Under the pieces are notes generated by a model. The model made no database searches, was not told the DNA's origin, and worked only from the letters and a program-made list of their open reading frames with translations. DNA of 64,000 nucleotides, from positions 32,001-96,000 of the forward strand of contig JAZDDX010000029.1 of assembly GCA_043809315.1 (NCBI GenBank), in the 5' to 3' direction. Positions 47,396 to 57,275 of this stretch are shown piece after piece (position 1 is the stretch's first letter; each line of letters opens with the position of its first letter). The position numbers were made by a program, and so were the translations under genes. The stretch comes from Pseudomonadota bacterium. GTDB lineage: Bacteria > Bdellovibrionota_G > JALEGL01 > DATDPG01.

Positions 47396-49218
47396 TGACC
47401 GATCCGGGAGCACAGAATCGCCGGGACGTGCTCTTCTGCATTGTTCCGAGCATCACTCTCTGGCGAACCCACCCGTACATCGAGCCCTCTTATGCCCCTT
47501 CGTTGGTGGTCGGCGGACTAGAACGCCGCGGCTTCAACGTAAGATACGTCGACCTCAATCTCTTGATGAATTCGTGGCAGAGGGAAGCTCCCCAGCTTTC
47601 ACGCGATACAACCGAGTTTCTCCATGACTGGCCGGAGACGCTTCTTACGACCGAAAACTGCCCTTCCGACTTGGACGTCGTCCTGACACGGATGACGTCG
47701 TATCTGAGCGATGCACGGCCGAACTACCTCGCGTTTTCCATCGACCGGATCACGACCATTTACGAGATCTTTCATGCACAGTTCGGTTTTGCGATTGCCC
47801 TTTCCCGCCGGCTGAGGGAGCTCCACCGCGTACCCGTGGTCTGGGGAGGCCAGATCGTCCGCCGAATCGGGTACGGAGCGATTCGATCGCATCTCCAGAA
47901 GACACCGGAGCCGTATGTCGATTTTCTCTTTTTCGGTGACGGAGCGCTTTCTCTGCCCCTTCTCCTCTCCGCTTTGGAAACCGACGATCGGACCTTCTCG
48001 GCTCTTCGTGCCCATTTGAATCGCACCCGGGAACCGGTGGTCTGGATCCCGTCGCCACGGACATGGGTAGACCTGGAGGAACCAACGTCTCATGAATCCC
48101 CCCCCGCGGAGGATCCGGCTTCCCGTTTTCAGGAGTTCGAACTACTCCAGATCCAACCGTCGTTTCGTGCGGCAAATCGCCAGCTGTATTTGACCTCCTT
48201 GGGGCGCCTGTTTCCCACTGTCCGGACCGGGGCCTGGGGCGAACAACCGATCGCGCTTTACCCCTACAAGTTCATGTACGGCTGCAGCCACAAGTGCGCT
48301 TTCTGTAAGTCGGCGAATCAGTCGTTGGTGGTCCGGCCTGTTCGGGAGGTGGTCGACGACCTGCAACGATTGGTCGAAGAACAGGGGATCGACTGTTTCC
48401 GGTTCTTCAACGCCCAGATCAATTATTCGGCCCAGTACGTCCGGGAGTTCTGTCGCGAGATCATCCGACGGCGACTGAAGGTGTGCTTTTCCGACTCGGC
48501 CTCCCTTCGGAACCTCGATCAAGAACTCTGTTCACTCCTGCGGGAAGCGGGGTGTGTGAAGCTCTGGTTCGGCGTCGAATCCCCGGTCGAGAGGATCCTC
48601 GGTCTCATCCACAAGGAAATGGCGTCCGCCGATGCAAGATCCGCCTTGCGTACAGCCCACGATGCCGGCATTTGGGTCGGCGTCAATATCATTGTCGGTT
48701 TCCCTCACGAAACAGATTCCGAATTCGCGGAAGTGTGTCGTTTCGTGGAGGAGCAAAAGGAGATCGCGGACTGTTGGCAGTTCAGCGCGCTGGAGGTGCA
48801 CAAGAACACGCCGATGGCAGATCGACCGGCCGATTACGGGATCGAACTCCATCACCCCTACACGCAGGCCGACCCTTTGTACGGCTACGCGTTCTCGGAG
48901 ATCGGAGGACTCAATTGGAAGGAGCGGGAGCTTCGTGCGGTCGAACGAGAAGGTGTTTTGGGAAAACTCGTCAACCCGAAGGTCCACCGATTTCACCTGA
49001 ACGACTACCTCGTTTTCGCGCTCTACCGCGAGTACGGCGACAAGAGCGTCGTCCGCAGGGAACTTACTCGCTACGTGAACGAGATCAAAGATCGCATCGG
49101 CCTGGGAACCGCCAGCCGGTGGCTCACACCTAAACGGGTGTTCGATGAGGATCTCCCCGATCTCATCCAGCGGACATTGAACTCCGAACGACCCCGGGAG
49201 AGCGGCAATGCCTCGTAA
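47395..49218 (+). CDS. Cobalamin-binding-domain (class B-like) radical SAM protein, paralog 1
   Basis: N-terminal PS..L..G..V.YVDLNL, VVWGG, FFGDG; CSHKCAFC; AGC..LWFGVES; IIVGFPHET; TGATG coupling. Confidence 0.88.
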   Translation: MTDPGAQNRRDVLFCIVPSITLWRTHPYIEPSYAPSLVVGGLERRGFNVRYVDLNLLMNSWQREAPQLSRDTTEFLHDWPETLLTTENCPSDLDVVLTRMTSYLSDARPNYLAFSIDRITTIYEIFHAQFGFAIALSRRLRELHRVPVVWGGQIVRRIGYGAIRSHLQKTPEPYVDFLFFGDGALSLPLLLSALETDDRTFSALRAHLNRTREPVVWIPSPRTWVDLEEPTSHESPPAEDPASRFQEFELLQIQPSFRAANRQLYLTSLGRLFPTVRTGAWGEQPIALYPYKFMYGCSHKCAFCKSANQSLVVRPVREVVDDLQRLVEEQGIDCFRFFNAQINYSAQYVREFCREIIRRRLKVCFSDSASLRNLDQELCSLLREAGCVKLWFGVESPVERILGLIHKEMASADARSALRTAHDAGIWVGVNIIVGFPHETDSEFAEVCRFVEEQKEIADCWQFSALEVHKNTPMADRPADYGIELHHPYTQADPLYGYAFSEIGGLNWKERELRAVEREGVLGKLVNPKVHRFHLNDYLVFALYREYGDKSVVRRELTRYVNEIKDRIGLGTASRWLTPKRVFDEDLPDLIQRTLNSERPRESGNAS

Positions 49219-50386
49219 GGAGCCGAGAGTCTTGATGTACTGTCAGGCCTTGCTGGGAATCGGACACTTGGTCCGTTTCTTGAACATCGCACGGGCCCTT
49301 CCCGGAGAGGTTCTTCTTGTATACGGGGGAGAACCGGTGCCAGGACTTACGGTCCCTTCGAACGCTCGGGTCTGGCAACAGGAACCGGTCCGATCGGATT
49401 TGTCCTTCCAACGAATCTACTCCGTAACGGATCCCGCCCGTTCTCTTCCCGAGCTCCAGGAGACCAGACGCGTTTGTCTGGAAGAGGCCTTCGTCACATT
49501 TCAACCCGACGCCTTCCTTCTCGACACATTTCCGTTCAGTCGGAACCGCTTTGCGCCGGAACTCACCCCCCTCCTCAAGAGGATTCGGAAAGGACTGACG
49601 AAACCCTGTGTCGTCGTCACGTCGGTTCGTGACACGCTGATCACAAGACCGGACCAGGATCGATACGAAGATCGCGTCGTCGAGAAACTTCGAAAATATG
49701 TAGATTGTGTTCTCATCCATTCGGATCCGACCTGGCAGCGCTTCAACGACACGGACACGTTCCATCGGACGGTTCCGGTTCCCCATCACTACACAGGATT
49801 CGTTGCGACCTCTTGCCTTACGAACGCAAACTCCGAGCGCCCCGCCGATGACTGCCTTCGGATTGTCGTTCAGATCGGCGGCGGACGCGTGGGAAAAGAG
49901 ATCATTCGGACGACCGCCTCGGCCGTGTCGCGAATCCGAAAACCGGCGCAGATACGAGCATTCCAGGGCGCGTTCCCTTCGGAGGACGGAAACGACTCCA
50001 CCCAAATCGGTGGATCGCTTCAGATCGAACCTTTCGGTCCCGCCTACTACCAGACGTTGGCTTCTGCGGATCTCCTCATCTCACAATGCGGATATAACTC
50101 GATGGTAGACGTTCTTGCGACCGGCATCGAGTGGATCACCATCCCTTTTGGGGTCAATGACGAACAGCCCCGGCGTGCTCTCCGGTTGATGGAACATGGC
50201 GTGGCCCGAGCGGTGCTTCCCGCTTTTCCGTCCCCGGACGAGCTGGCAGCCGGCATCAACGACTTATTGGTCGCTCCCAAGTCGGAGGGCCGCCGGAAAT
50301 TCCCGTTCGACTTGAACGGCGCACATCGATCCGCCACACTTCTCTCGCAGCTGGCCTGCCGAGAACTCCCGGAGACCGTCGGATGA
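49208..50386 (+). CDS. GT-B glycosyltransferase (GT28 C-terminal-like)
   Basis: YCQALLGIGHLVR, DTFPF.R, SVRD, HSDP, YTGFV, GGGRVG, ISQCGYNS, EQ..RA. Confidence 0.88.
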   Translation: MPRKEPRVLMYCQALLGIGHLVRFLNIARALPGEVLLVYGGEPVPGLTVPSNARVWQQEPVRSDLSFQRIYSVTDPARSLPELQETRRVCLEEAFVTFQPDAFLLDTFPFSRNRFAPELTPLLKRIRKGLTKPCVVVTSVRDTLITRPDQDRYEDRVVEKLRKYVDCVLIHSDPTWQRFNDTDTFHRTVPVPHHYTGFVATSCLTNANSERPADDCLRIVVQIGGGRVGKEIIRTTASAVSRIRKPAQIRAFQGAFPSEDGNDSTQIGGSLQIEPFGPAYYQTLASADLLISQCGYNSMVDVLATGIEWITIPFGVNDEQPRRALRLMEHGVARAVLPAFPSPDELAAGINDLLVAPKSEGRRKFPFDLNGAHRSATLLSQLACRELPETVG

Positions 50387-51480
50387 CCCGCCTCCTTTTT
50401 CTCGTCGACGCCTTCCCGCCGATTCTCGGAGGGGTGGCAACTTCCTCCGCCCGCATCTGCAAGGAGCTTCAAGGCCGCGGATTCTCGATCACCGTCCTAT
50501 CGCAGAAAGCATCGGAGGATGCCGCGGCGCTCGACGAAATCGACGGGCTCCAGGTGCGACGCTTTTCAACCGCTCATTATCCCTGTTCCAGCCGAAGTTT
50601 CGTGACGCTCGGCCTCCACCATCTTCTGGAGGACACGACCCCCTTTGACGCCGTAATCAGTTTTCAAGCCACGGCCGCGGCCTCCCTCGGCAGCCTTTTC
50701 TCCCGGATTCGCTCGATTCCCCACGTGGTTTGCTGTCGGGGAAGCGACATCAACCGAAAAAGCGTCGATGACCCGGAGGTTCGATTCCTGACACACTCTT
50801 CCCTGGTCCGCGCGGATCTCGTTTTTTCCGTTTCCCAGGAAATCGCTCAACGCGTGATCGCTCTCGGAATCGCCCCGGATAAAGTGCTCGTCGTGCCAAA
50901 CTCCGTCGATACGGATCTCTTCCATCCCTTGGACAGCTCGCCGGCGTATGACTTCCTTCTCACCGGGCCCGCACGTGAATTCAAGGGGTTCGACACCGTT
51001 TTCGAGGCGGCTGTCGAGTTGAAGCGTCCGTGCAAGATCCTCGCGGTGCTCTACGATCACCCGTCGCACCCCGGTCACTTGCCCCGACTCCGCGAACTCG
51101 CCCGTCGGTGTCCGGATCACGTATCCACCGACTTCGTCCCGGCGGTACCTCACTCAGAAATGCCCGATATCTACTGTCGCGCCCGCTGCCTCATCCAGCC
51201 TTCACATTCCGAGGGGTGCTCGAACGTCGTATTGGAGGCTCTGGCTTGCGGGCGTGATGTCATCGTGCGGTCGATCCCATCGTTGACATCCATTCTCGAC
51301 GACACACCGACCGGTTTTTCGACGACGGCCGACCTCGTCGTGCAAATGAACCGACACCTCGATCGGCACTGGCGGGTGAACGACAGGAACCTCGGTCTGG
51401 TAAAGGCCCGCTTCAGCCGGGAGGTGGAATCCACCGCGTACGCTCAACCGATCGAAGCTCTGATCCGGAGATCCCGTTGA
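50383..51480 (+). CDS. GT4 glycosyltransferase
   Basis: FPPILGG, RGSD, VPNSVD..F.P, KG, EGCSNVVLEALACG. Confidence 0.9.
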   Translation: MTRLLFLVDAFPPILGGVATSSARICKELQGRGFSITVLSQKASEDAAALDEIDGLQVRRFSTAHYPCSSRSFVTLGLHHLLEDTTPFDAVISFQATAAASLGSLFSRIRSIPHVVCCRGSDINRKSVDDPEVRFLTHSSLVRADLVFSVSQEIAQRVIALGIAPDKVLVVPNSVDTDLFHPLDSSPAYDFLLTGPAREFKGFDTVFEAAVELKRPCKILAVLYDHPSHPGHLPRLRELARRCPDHVSTDFVPAVPHSEMPDIYCRARCLIQPSHSEGCSNVVLEALACGRDVIVRSIPSLTSILDDTPTGFSTTADLVVQMNRHLDRHWRVNDRNLGLVKARFSREVESTAYAQPIEALIRRSR

Positions 51481-53234
51481 AAGGTTCGAAAGTCACAGCC
51501 GGTTCGGTTCTGACAAGTCTCCGGAGCGGACTCGCAATCCTCCGAGCTTATCCCCGGAAAGCCGCCGTTCTCGGCCTTCTCATTTGTTCCGGCGTGGCCG
51601 TCGGAGCCGCGATTCCCCAGATCAGCCGTTTCGTCATCAATGCGCTCCGCGCGAGAAACACCTTCTCTCCGCTTTGGTTCGTTGGGTTTGCACTCGTCTT
51701 TTTCGGTCTCCGCTGCACCTCCCGAGCGACCGAGTTTTTTCGTTCCCTGTTGGCTCTTCGTCTCGAGGACTTCGAGATCCGGAACCTTCGCAAGCTTCTC
51801 TATCACTCCCTTCTCCAATCCTCGGCGGCTACCCGGGGAATCTTTCGGTACGGAGCCCTGGCGGACCGGATCTCTTCCGACCCCTCCGCCGCCTCGGGTG
51901 CGGTGGTTACCCCCTTGGTCGAGCTTTCGTTCATCTTCTTGACGCTATTTGCATCCCTGTCTTTCGGCGCTTTCATCGACCTTCGTCTTTGCCTTACGGG
52001 ATTCGTGGGATCGATCGCCGCCATTCCTCTTGTCCTCTGGCGCTCCTCCAAGCACCAGGAGGAGGTTGCCCGCTGGAAAGAAGTGGAGTCGGACTATTCC
52101 GCCTTCCTGGTCGAAAGCCTGACGGGAGCCCGGGACATTCAGCAGCTCGATCTCAGGTCGGAGCGCGAAGCGAAAAACGCTCAGTTTGTCTCTCGCCTGG
52201 AACAGGCCTCGTGGAGCAAGGCCACTCGCGTGGATTCGCTGGAAGAGCTGATGTATCTCGAGTTCGTGATCCTGGAGGGGATCATCTTCGCCTGGGGATG
52301 GGTTCGTGTATCCCGTGGGTTGCTTCCTCTGGGAGACCTCTTCGCGATCGGCGGATACTTCGAGGCGATGTTCTATCCGATGTTTTACTTGACCAAAAGA
52401 CTGTCGTCCCTGCATCGAGCGACGGTCTCTTTACGTCGAATCGATTCAACTGTGGCCAAACTCGTGGAGCCCGGTTCCGAAGAAGCCCGTGAACGCTCCG
52501 GCTTCCCCGATCGGACCAACACGTTGACCGTTCGACGTCTTTTCTTTTCCTACCCGAATTCGTTGGGAGAGCCGAAAATCGTTCTCTCCGGTGTCGATTT
52601 CCACGTCCGGGAAGGGGAACGGGTGGCTCTCGTCGGACCCAACGGCCAAGGGAAAACCACCGTGATCAATCTCCTCACTGGCCAGTACAGGCCGGATCAG
52701 GGGGAAATCTGGGTCCGTGGAAGGGAGATGGGCAAGCTCTCACTCTTCGACCGGAAAAATGAATTCGGTATCGCCTCCCAGGATCCGCATCTCTTCTTCG
52801 GCACCGTCCGCTTCAATCTCGGGCTCGCCGACCACCCGCGCTCCAATGACATCCTTCGCTTATTCCAATCCCTCGGCATCGACGAGATCTTCGGGCGTCT
52901 CCCCCACGGGATCGACACGGTCATCGATCCGTCGCAGCGCAAGATCTCCGGGGGCGAGCTGCGAACCATCGCTTTCGCTCGCAGCCTCGTGAACGGGGCT
53001 CCGATCCTCTTGTTGGATGAACCCACCCTCGGCCTGGATATCGATAATCACGAACGAGTCGTCTCCGCCATTCGAAAAGCTTCGATCGGAAAGACGCTCT
53101 TTTGCGTCACGCATGATCCCGCGCTGATTGCAATCTGCGATCGTATCCTCGAGCTCGACGGCGGCATGGTCACGGAAATCACATCTCAAGAAATCGGGTC
53201 TAAAGGGAGGAAAGAACATGCGAATTATGCTTGA
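51477..53234 (+). CDS. ABC exporter, fused permease/ATPase (MsbA/PglK-type architecture, no peptidase domain)
   Basis: About six TM helices; GPNGQGKT, ISGGE, LLLDEPT, VTH; TTG start overlapping the upstream stop. Confidence 0.93.
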   Translation: MKGSKVTAGSVLTSLRSGLAILRAYPRKAAVLGLLICSGVAVGAAIPQISRFVINALRARNTFSPLWFVGFALVFFGLRCTSRATEFFRSLLALRLEDFEIRNLRKLLYHSLLQSSAATRGIFRYGALADRISSDPSAASGAVVTPLVELSFIFLTLFASLSFGAFIDLRLCLTGFVGSIAAIPLVLWRSSKHQEEVARWKEVESDYSAFLVESLTGARDIQQLDLRSEREAKNAQFVSRLEQASWSKATRVDSLEELMYLEFVILEGIIFAWGWVRVSRGLLPLGDLFAIGGYFEAMFYPMFYLTKRLSSLHRATVSLRRIDSTVAKLVEPGSEEARERSGFPDRTNTLTVRRLFFSYPNSLGEPKIVLSGVDFHVREGERVALVGPNGQGKTTVINLLTGQYRPDQGEIWVRGREMGKLSLFDRKNEFGIASQDPHLFFGTVRFNLGLADHPRSNDILRLFQSLGIDEIFGRLPHGIDTVIDPSQRKISGGELRTIAFARSLVNGAPILLLDEPTLGLDIDNHERVVSAIRKASIGKTLFCVTHDPALIAICDRILELDGGMVTEITSQEIGSKGRKEHANYA

Positions 53235-53505
53235 GCTCACATCTGAAGAGAGTCAAAAAGTGCTGGCGACGATTCTCGTCGTCGCGAAAGAGAAGGCCGG
53301 GGTGCGCTTCGCCGACACCCTTGAAAACATAAGCCGAAAGGAGCTTCGTGAGATGTTCACGAAGGCCATCGCCAAAGCAGTGAGACATTTGAGTCGAGAT
53401 TATTTCGAAGGGGAGATTCTGGGGTTGGTACAGGGGATTTTGAAAAACGGGGTCCACCGGCGCGGGCGCCCTGTAACCCGTTCCGGGAGTTGCAAACGTG
53501 TGTAA
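53218..53505 (+). CDS. Small hypothetical protein (95 aa)
   Basis: GGGAGG RBS before ATG 53218; fills the gap between the ABC exporter and deacetylase genes. Confidence 0.65.
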   Translation: MRIMLELTSEESQKVLATILVVAKEKAGVRFADTLENISRKELREMFTKAIAKAVRHLSRDYFEGEILGLVQGILKNGVHRRGRPVTRSGSCKRV

Positions 53506-53524
53506 CGAAGGATCGTGACGATTG

Positions 53525-54343
53525 ATGAACTCTGCGCCGCTCGCCATTGTAACGGTCCACGTCGAGAGTCATCCGAAGTTTGATGACCCGTGCCTTGGGC
53601 AGACGGCGTTCCTCGAACTCCTCAAAAAGGAAGATTACCCTCCCATGTCGCTCCATTGGCTGCGGGAAAAGGACGATCCACGCGATTTCCGGGGGCTCTT
53701 GCGCGCGGTCGATCCGCGCCACGAGATCGGACTCCATTTCCATTCCATCATGGATTATCCGGAACGTGGGGAAAGAATTCAACGGCTAAAGAAGGAAAAA
53801 AAACTCCTTGAAGACGCTCTCGGCCGTCCGGTCAACGTTTTTTCCTCGGGCCATTTTGGAATGACCCCGGATGCTCCGACTGATCTCCAATCGGTCGGGT
53901 TCGACGTCGATTATTCCGTGACTCCTGGCATGACGATGATTTCGTCCAAGTCTTCTCACTGCCGATATCGCCCTGGACTCCCCCCGGTTTTCTGGTGGCA
54001 GTCAGAGTCCGGGCACCGGATTCTTGAGGTGCCGGTCACCACCAACTCCACCGACACGCTTTTAGATGCGGCGATGGTCTCCCTCCGGGAAACCCTACCG
54101 ATGATTCGGAACTGCCTTGTCAACGGAAGGGTCCTACATCTCACGGCACACTCTTATCATTTCGTGAGACGGGATATGCGTCCGGGACATGGCGCCGTTC
54201 TTCATCGCAACCTCTTCTCTCTTCTCGCGGAGGCCGGATTTTCGTTCGTGACGGCACGAAATATTTTCGATCATCTCGATGCGGACTCCCTTCCGGTGCT
54301 CTCCTCAGATCGGGTGATCCAGGAGAATTCCAGAGATCGGTGA
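53525..54343 (+). CDS. Polysaccharide-deacetylase-like protein
   Basis: VTVHVE, HEIGLHFH, GF.VDYSV.PG, ILEVPVT, H at LTAHSY. Confidence 0.72.
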   Translation: MNSAPLAIVTVHVESHPKFDDPCLGQTAFLELLKKEDYPPMSLHWLREKDDPRDFRGLLRAVDPRHEIGLHFHSIMDYPERGERIQRLKKEKKLLEDALGRPVNVFSSGHFGMTPDAPTDLQSVGFDVDYSVTPGMTMISSKSSHCRYRPGLPPVFWWQSESGHRILEVPVTTNSTDTLLDAAMVSLRETLPMIRNCLVNGRVLHLTAHSYHFVRRDMRPGHGAVLHRNLFSLLAEAGFSFVTARNIFDHLDADSLPVLSSDRVIQENSRDR

Positions 54344-54346
54344 CCC

Positions 54347-55486
54347 ATGTCTGAGAGGCAACCGGAGATCGCGTTCTTCACCTCAGACCTACGAGTCGGC
54401 GGCGCCAAACATTGCTTGATCAACCTGATCGAAAATCTTTCCGGTCGCGGGCTTCGAATCGACCTGGTGCTTCAGCGAGCCGAGGGCCCGCTCGTGGCGG
54501 CCGTTCCCGAATCGGTCCGGGTGCTGTCTCTTGGGACAACCTCCGCGAGTTCGGGTGTGGTTCGTCTCGCCGCCTACCTGGAGCGCTCCCGACCCGAGCA
54601 TGTCGTATCGATGTTGATGGAGCCCAATCTGATCGCTCTCCGGGCCCGGGCGAAATCGGGCCGGTCCGTTTCCGTCTTCACCTGGGAACACGAGAACGTC
54701 GGTTTTTCCCTGTCGCATGAACCTTGGTATCGCCGCCATTGGATCCAGTGGTCGATTCGTCGTTCATATCCCGCCGCGGAACGGGTGTTAGCCGTAAGTC
54801 AGGGGGTAGCCGGAAATCTGCGGAAGATTCTCGGACCGGACTCGGGCAGAATTCATGTTCTTCCCGGCGCCCTCCTCCGCCCCGATTTGGTCGAACGGAT
54901 GGCCGAAACGCCCGACCATCCTTGGTTCCGTGACGGAGGCCCGCCGATCGTCCTGGCGGTCGGCCGCCTGAATCACGTGAAAGGGTTTCCGGTTCTTTTG
55001 CGGGCTTTTGCCCTCGTTCGACGCTCCCAGAACGTCCGGCTGTTGATCCTCGGCGACGGACCCCGCCGTTCCCGGCTGGAACAACTGATTCGGCGACTGG
55101 ATCTTTCCGAACACGTCGCCCTTCCCGGATTCGCGGCGAATCCGTTTAGTTACATGTCACGGGTCCGAATGCTCGTGCTTCCATCCTACTCCGAGGGTCT
55201 TCCGGGCGTCTTGATCGAGGCGTTGGCCTGCGGGTGTCCCGTGGTATCGACGAATTGCGATTACGGTCCCAGGGAAATCCTTCAGGACGGCCTTTTCGGG
55301 GAACTCGTGCCGCCGGGCTCGCCTCGATCATTGGCGGCCGGGATTCTCAAGGCTCTCTCCGCTCCCGGGCGGAGGGTCGAACCCGACTTGCTCTCGCCGT
55401 ATCGAGTGGATCGAGTTGCAGACCGGTTCCTCGAGCTGCTACGACCGGAACGATCCGATGACGGAGGAAAGACTCATGGAAAATGA
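54347..55486 (+). CDS. GT4 glycosyltransferase (paralog of 45208-46314)
   Basis: GGA, AVGRL..VKGF, ILGDGPRR, EGLPGVLIEALACG.PVVST.CDYGPREIL. Confidence 0.92.
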   Translation: MSERQPEIAFFTSDLRVGGAKHCLINLIENLSGRGLRIDLVLQRAEGPLVAAVPESVRVLSLGTTSASSGVVRLAAYLERSRPEHVVSMLMEPNLIALRARAKSGRSVSVFTWEHENVGFSLSHEPWYRRHWIQWSIRRSYPAAERVLAVSQGVAGNLRKILGPDSGRIHVLPGALLRPDLVERMAETPDHPWFRDGGPPIVLAVGRLNHVKGFPVLLRAFALVRRSQNVRLLILGDGPRRSRLEQLIRRLDLSEHVALPGFAANPFSYMSRVRMLVLPSYSEGLPGVLIEALACGCPVVSTNCDYGPREILQDGLFGELVPPGSPRSLAAGILKALSAPGRRVEPDLLSPYRVDRVADRFLELLRPERSDDGGKTHGK

Positions 55487-57275
55487 TCGTCTCCAAGAAC
55501 GGAGAGTCGACGTTCTTTTTTCCGTTGTTCCCGGCGTCACGATGTGGCGTCGGTTCCCGATCATCGAACCCCCGTTCGGCCCCTCCATGGTCGTCGGTGC
55601 ACTTCGAAACGCCCGTTTCTCCGTGGAATATGTCGACCTGAACCTCCAGCTCAACGTCTGGCAGCAGGCCACGATGCTCTTGTCCCCGGACACCGTCCGA
55701 TTCCTCCAGGATTGGGAGCGCGTGGCCGCGAATCTCGACAAGCTTCCCGCGGATCTTGATGCTCTTCTCGATCGATTCATCGAGTTCCTCCGGCCCTTGA
55801 CGTTTCGCCACGCGGCTTTCTCTCTCGATCGAATCACCACCCTCATCGAGATCTTCGAGGCCGAATATGGTTTCGCGATCGTCTTTGCCGATCGCTTCAA
55901 GAGACATTTCAACTGCCCCATCTCCATGGGGGGAACAGCTCTCGGCAAAGTCGGCCGTCACGAGTTGATCGAAAATCTGGCGACGGCAAAGCGAAAATTC
56001 GCGGACTATTTTTTCTTCGGCGAAGGCTCCGTTTCTTTTCCGCTCTTCCTCCAATCGCTCGACGGAGTCGATCCGACCCTGACTCGGCTAGGCGAGCATC
56101 TTCGGACCACTTACTTGACAGCCTATCGATGGAACGACGATTTCACGGCTACCCCCTTGCACGGGTCGATTGACCCGGTCGACCATACCGAAAGCTCGAA
56201 CACCCACGACCGGGTCGAACTCGCCATCATCCGGATCCCGCCCTCTTTCTCGATCGCTAATGCCGAGCACTACGCCGTCCGTTTCGACCGAATCTTCCCC
56301 TTCGTTTCCCCCGAGCCCTGGATGGCCCGGCCGATCACGCTGTATCCGTTCAAGTTCATGCACGGATGCAGCCACCGTTGCGCCTTCTGCAAGGAGGCCA
56401 GCTATCGATTCACGGCCCGTCCGCCGGCCGAGGTCGTTGAGGATCTCGCGCGACTCTACGAGACGGAGGGAATCGATTCGTTCCGTTTCTTCAACGCCCA
56501 GATCAACATCTCGAACCGGTACGTCGAGCGTTTCTGCGCCGAAATCCGGCGGAGAAACCTCAAAATCCTCTTCTCTGATTCTTCGTCCTTGCGGGACCTG
56601 TCCCGGGATGCCTGCCAGAATCTTCGCGACGCGGGTTGTATCAAACTCTGGGTGGGACTCGAGTCCCCCATCCCCCGAATTCTAAAACTGATCAACAAGG
56701 ACCTCGAGCTTGACGACGCCCTTGTCTCGCTTCGGAACATCCACGAGGCCGGCATCTGGGTTGGAATGAATTTCATTTTGGGATTTCCGGGTGAATCGGA
56801 CGCGGAGTTCGAACAGATCTGTCAGTTCATCCGGGATCACGGGGAGACCATCGACTGTTGGAACTTCAGTCCTTTGGAGGTCTACACGGGAACTCCGATG
56901 CATCGGAATCCCGAGCAATTCGGAATCGTTCTGGAACATGAATACTCCGGTCTTCGGCGACTCAATGGCCACGCTTTCTCGGAGATCGGAGGACTGGATT
57001 GGGAAGCGCGCCTCGCCCAGGTAAAAAAACGCGAGGAGATCTGTGCCGACCTCATCCGATCCAGCGTCCACCGTTTTTACGTGAACGACCATCTCGTCTT
57101 TTCTCTTTTCCGAGAGTTTGGCGAAAAGCACCGGGTTCGGGAGAGTCTCCGGCGATATGTGGAGTCTCTCCAAAAGGCGATCCCGTTGAAAGATGCCGGC
57201 AAGTGGCTCAGCGCGAAGAAGGTTCTCGATTTCGATCAGGATCGTTTTTTACGGGCCTTCCAGGGGCCCGCCTAA
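55476..57275 (+). CDS. Cobalamin-binding-domain (class B-like) radical SAM protein, paralog 2
   Basis: GGAGG RBS; EPPFGPSMVVGAL, YVDLNL, MGG, FFGEG, CSHRCAFC, AGCIKLWVGLES, FILGFPGE. Confidence 0.88.
   Translation: MENDRLQERRVDVLFSVVPGVTMWRRFPIIEPPFGPSMVVGALRNARFSVEYVDLNLQLNVWQQATMLLSPDTVRFLQDWERVAANLDKLPADLDALLDRFIEFLRPLTFRHAAFSLDRITTLIEIFEAEYGFAIVFADRFKRHFNCPISMGGTALGKVGRHELIENLATAKRKFADYFFFGEGSVSFPLFLQSLDGVDPTLTRLGEHLRTTYLTAYRWNDDFTATPLHGSIDPVDHTESSNTHDRVELAIIRIPPSFSIANAEHYAVRFDRIFPFVSPEPWMARPITLYPFKFMHGCSHRCAFCKEASYRFTARPPAEVVEDLARLYETEGIDSFRFFNAQINISNRYVERFCAEIRRRNLKILFSDSSSLRDLSRDACQNLRDAGCIKLWVGLESPIPRILKLINKDLELDDALVSLRNIHEAGIWVGMNFILGFPGESDAEFEQICQFIRDHGETIDCWNFSPLEVYTGTPMHRNPEQFGIVLEHEYSGLRRLNGHAFSEIGGLDWEARLAQVKKREEICADLIRSSVHRFYVNDHLVFSLFREFGEKHRVRESLRRYVESLQKAIPLKDAGKWLSAKKVLDFDQDRFLRAFQGPA

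Noticed and set aside
44236-57275. Aminoglycoside-type or classic RiPP biosynthetic cluster
   Set aside because: No cyclitol synthase, aminotransferase, resistance gene, peptidase or convincing precursor is visible; only analogous chemistry is claimed.
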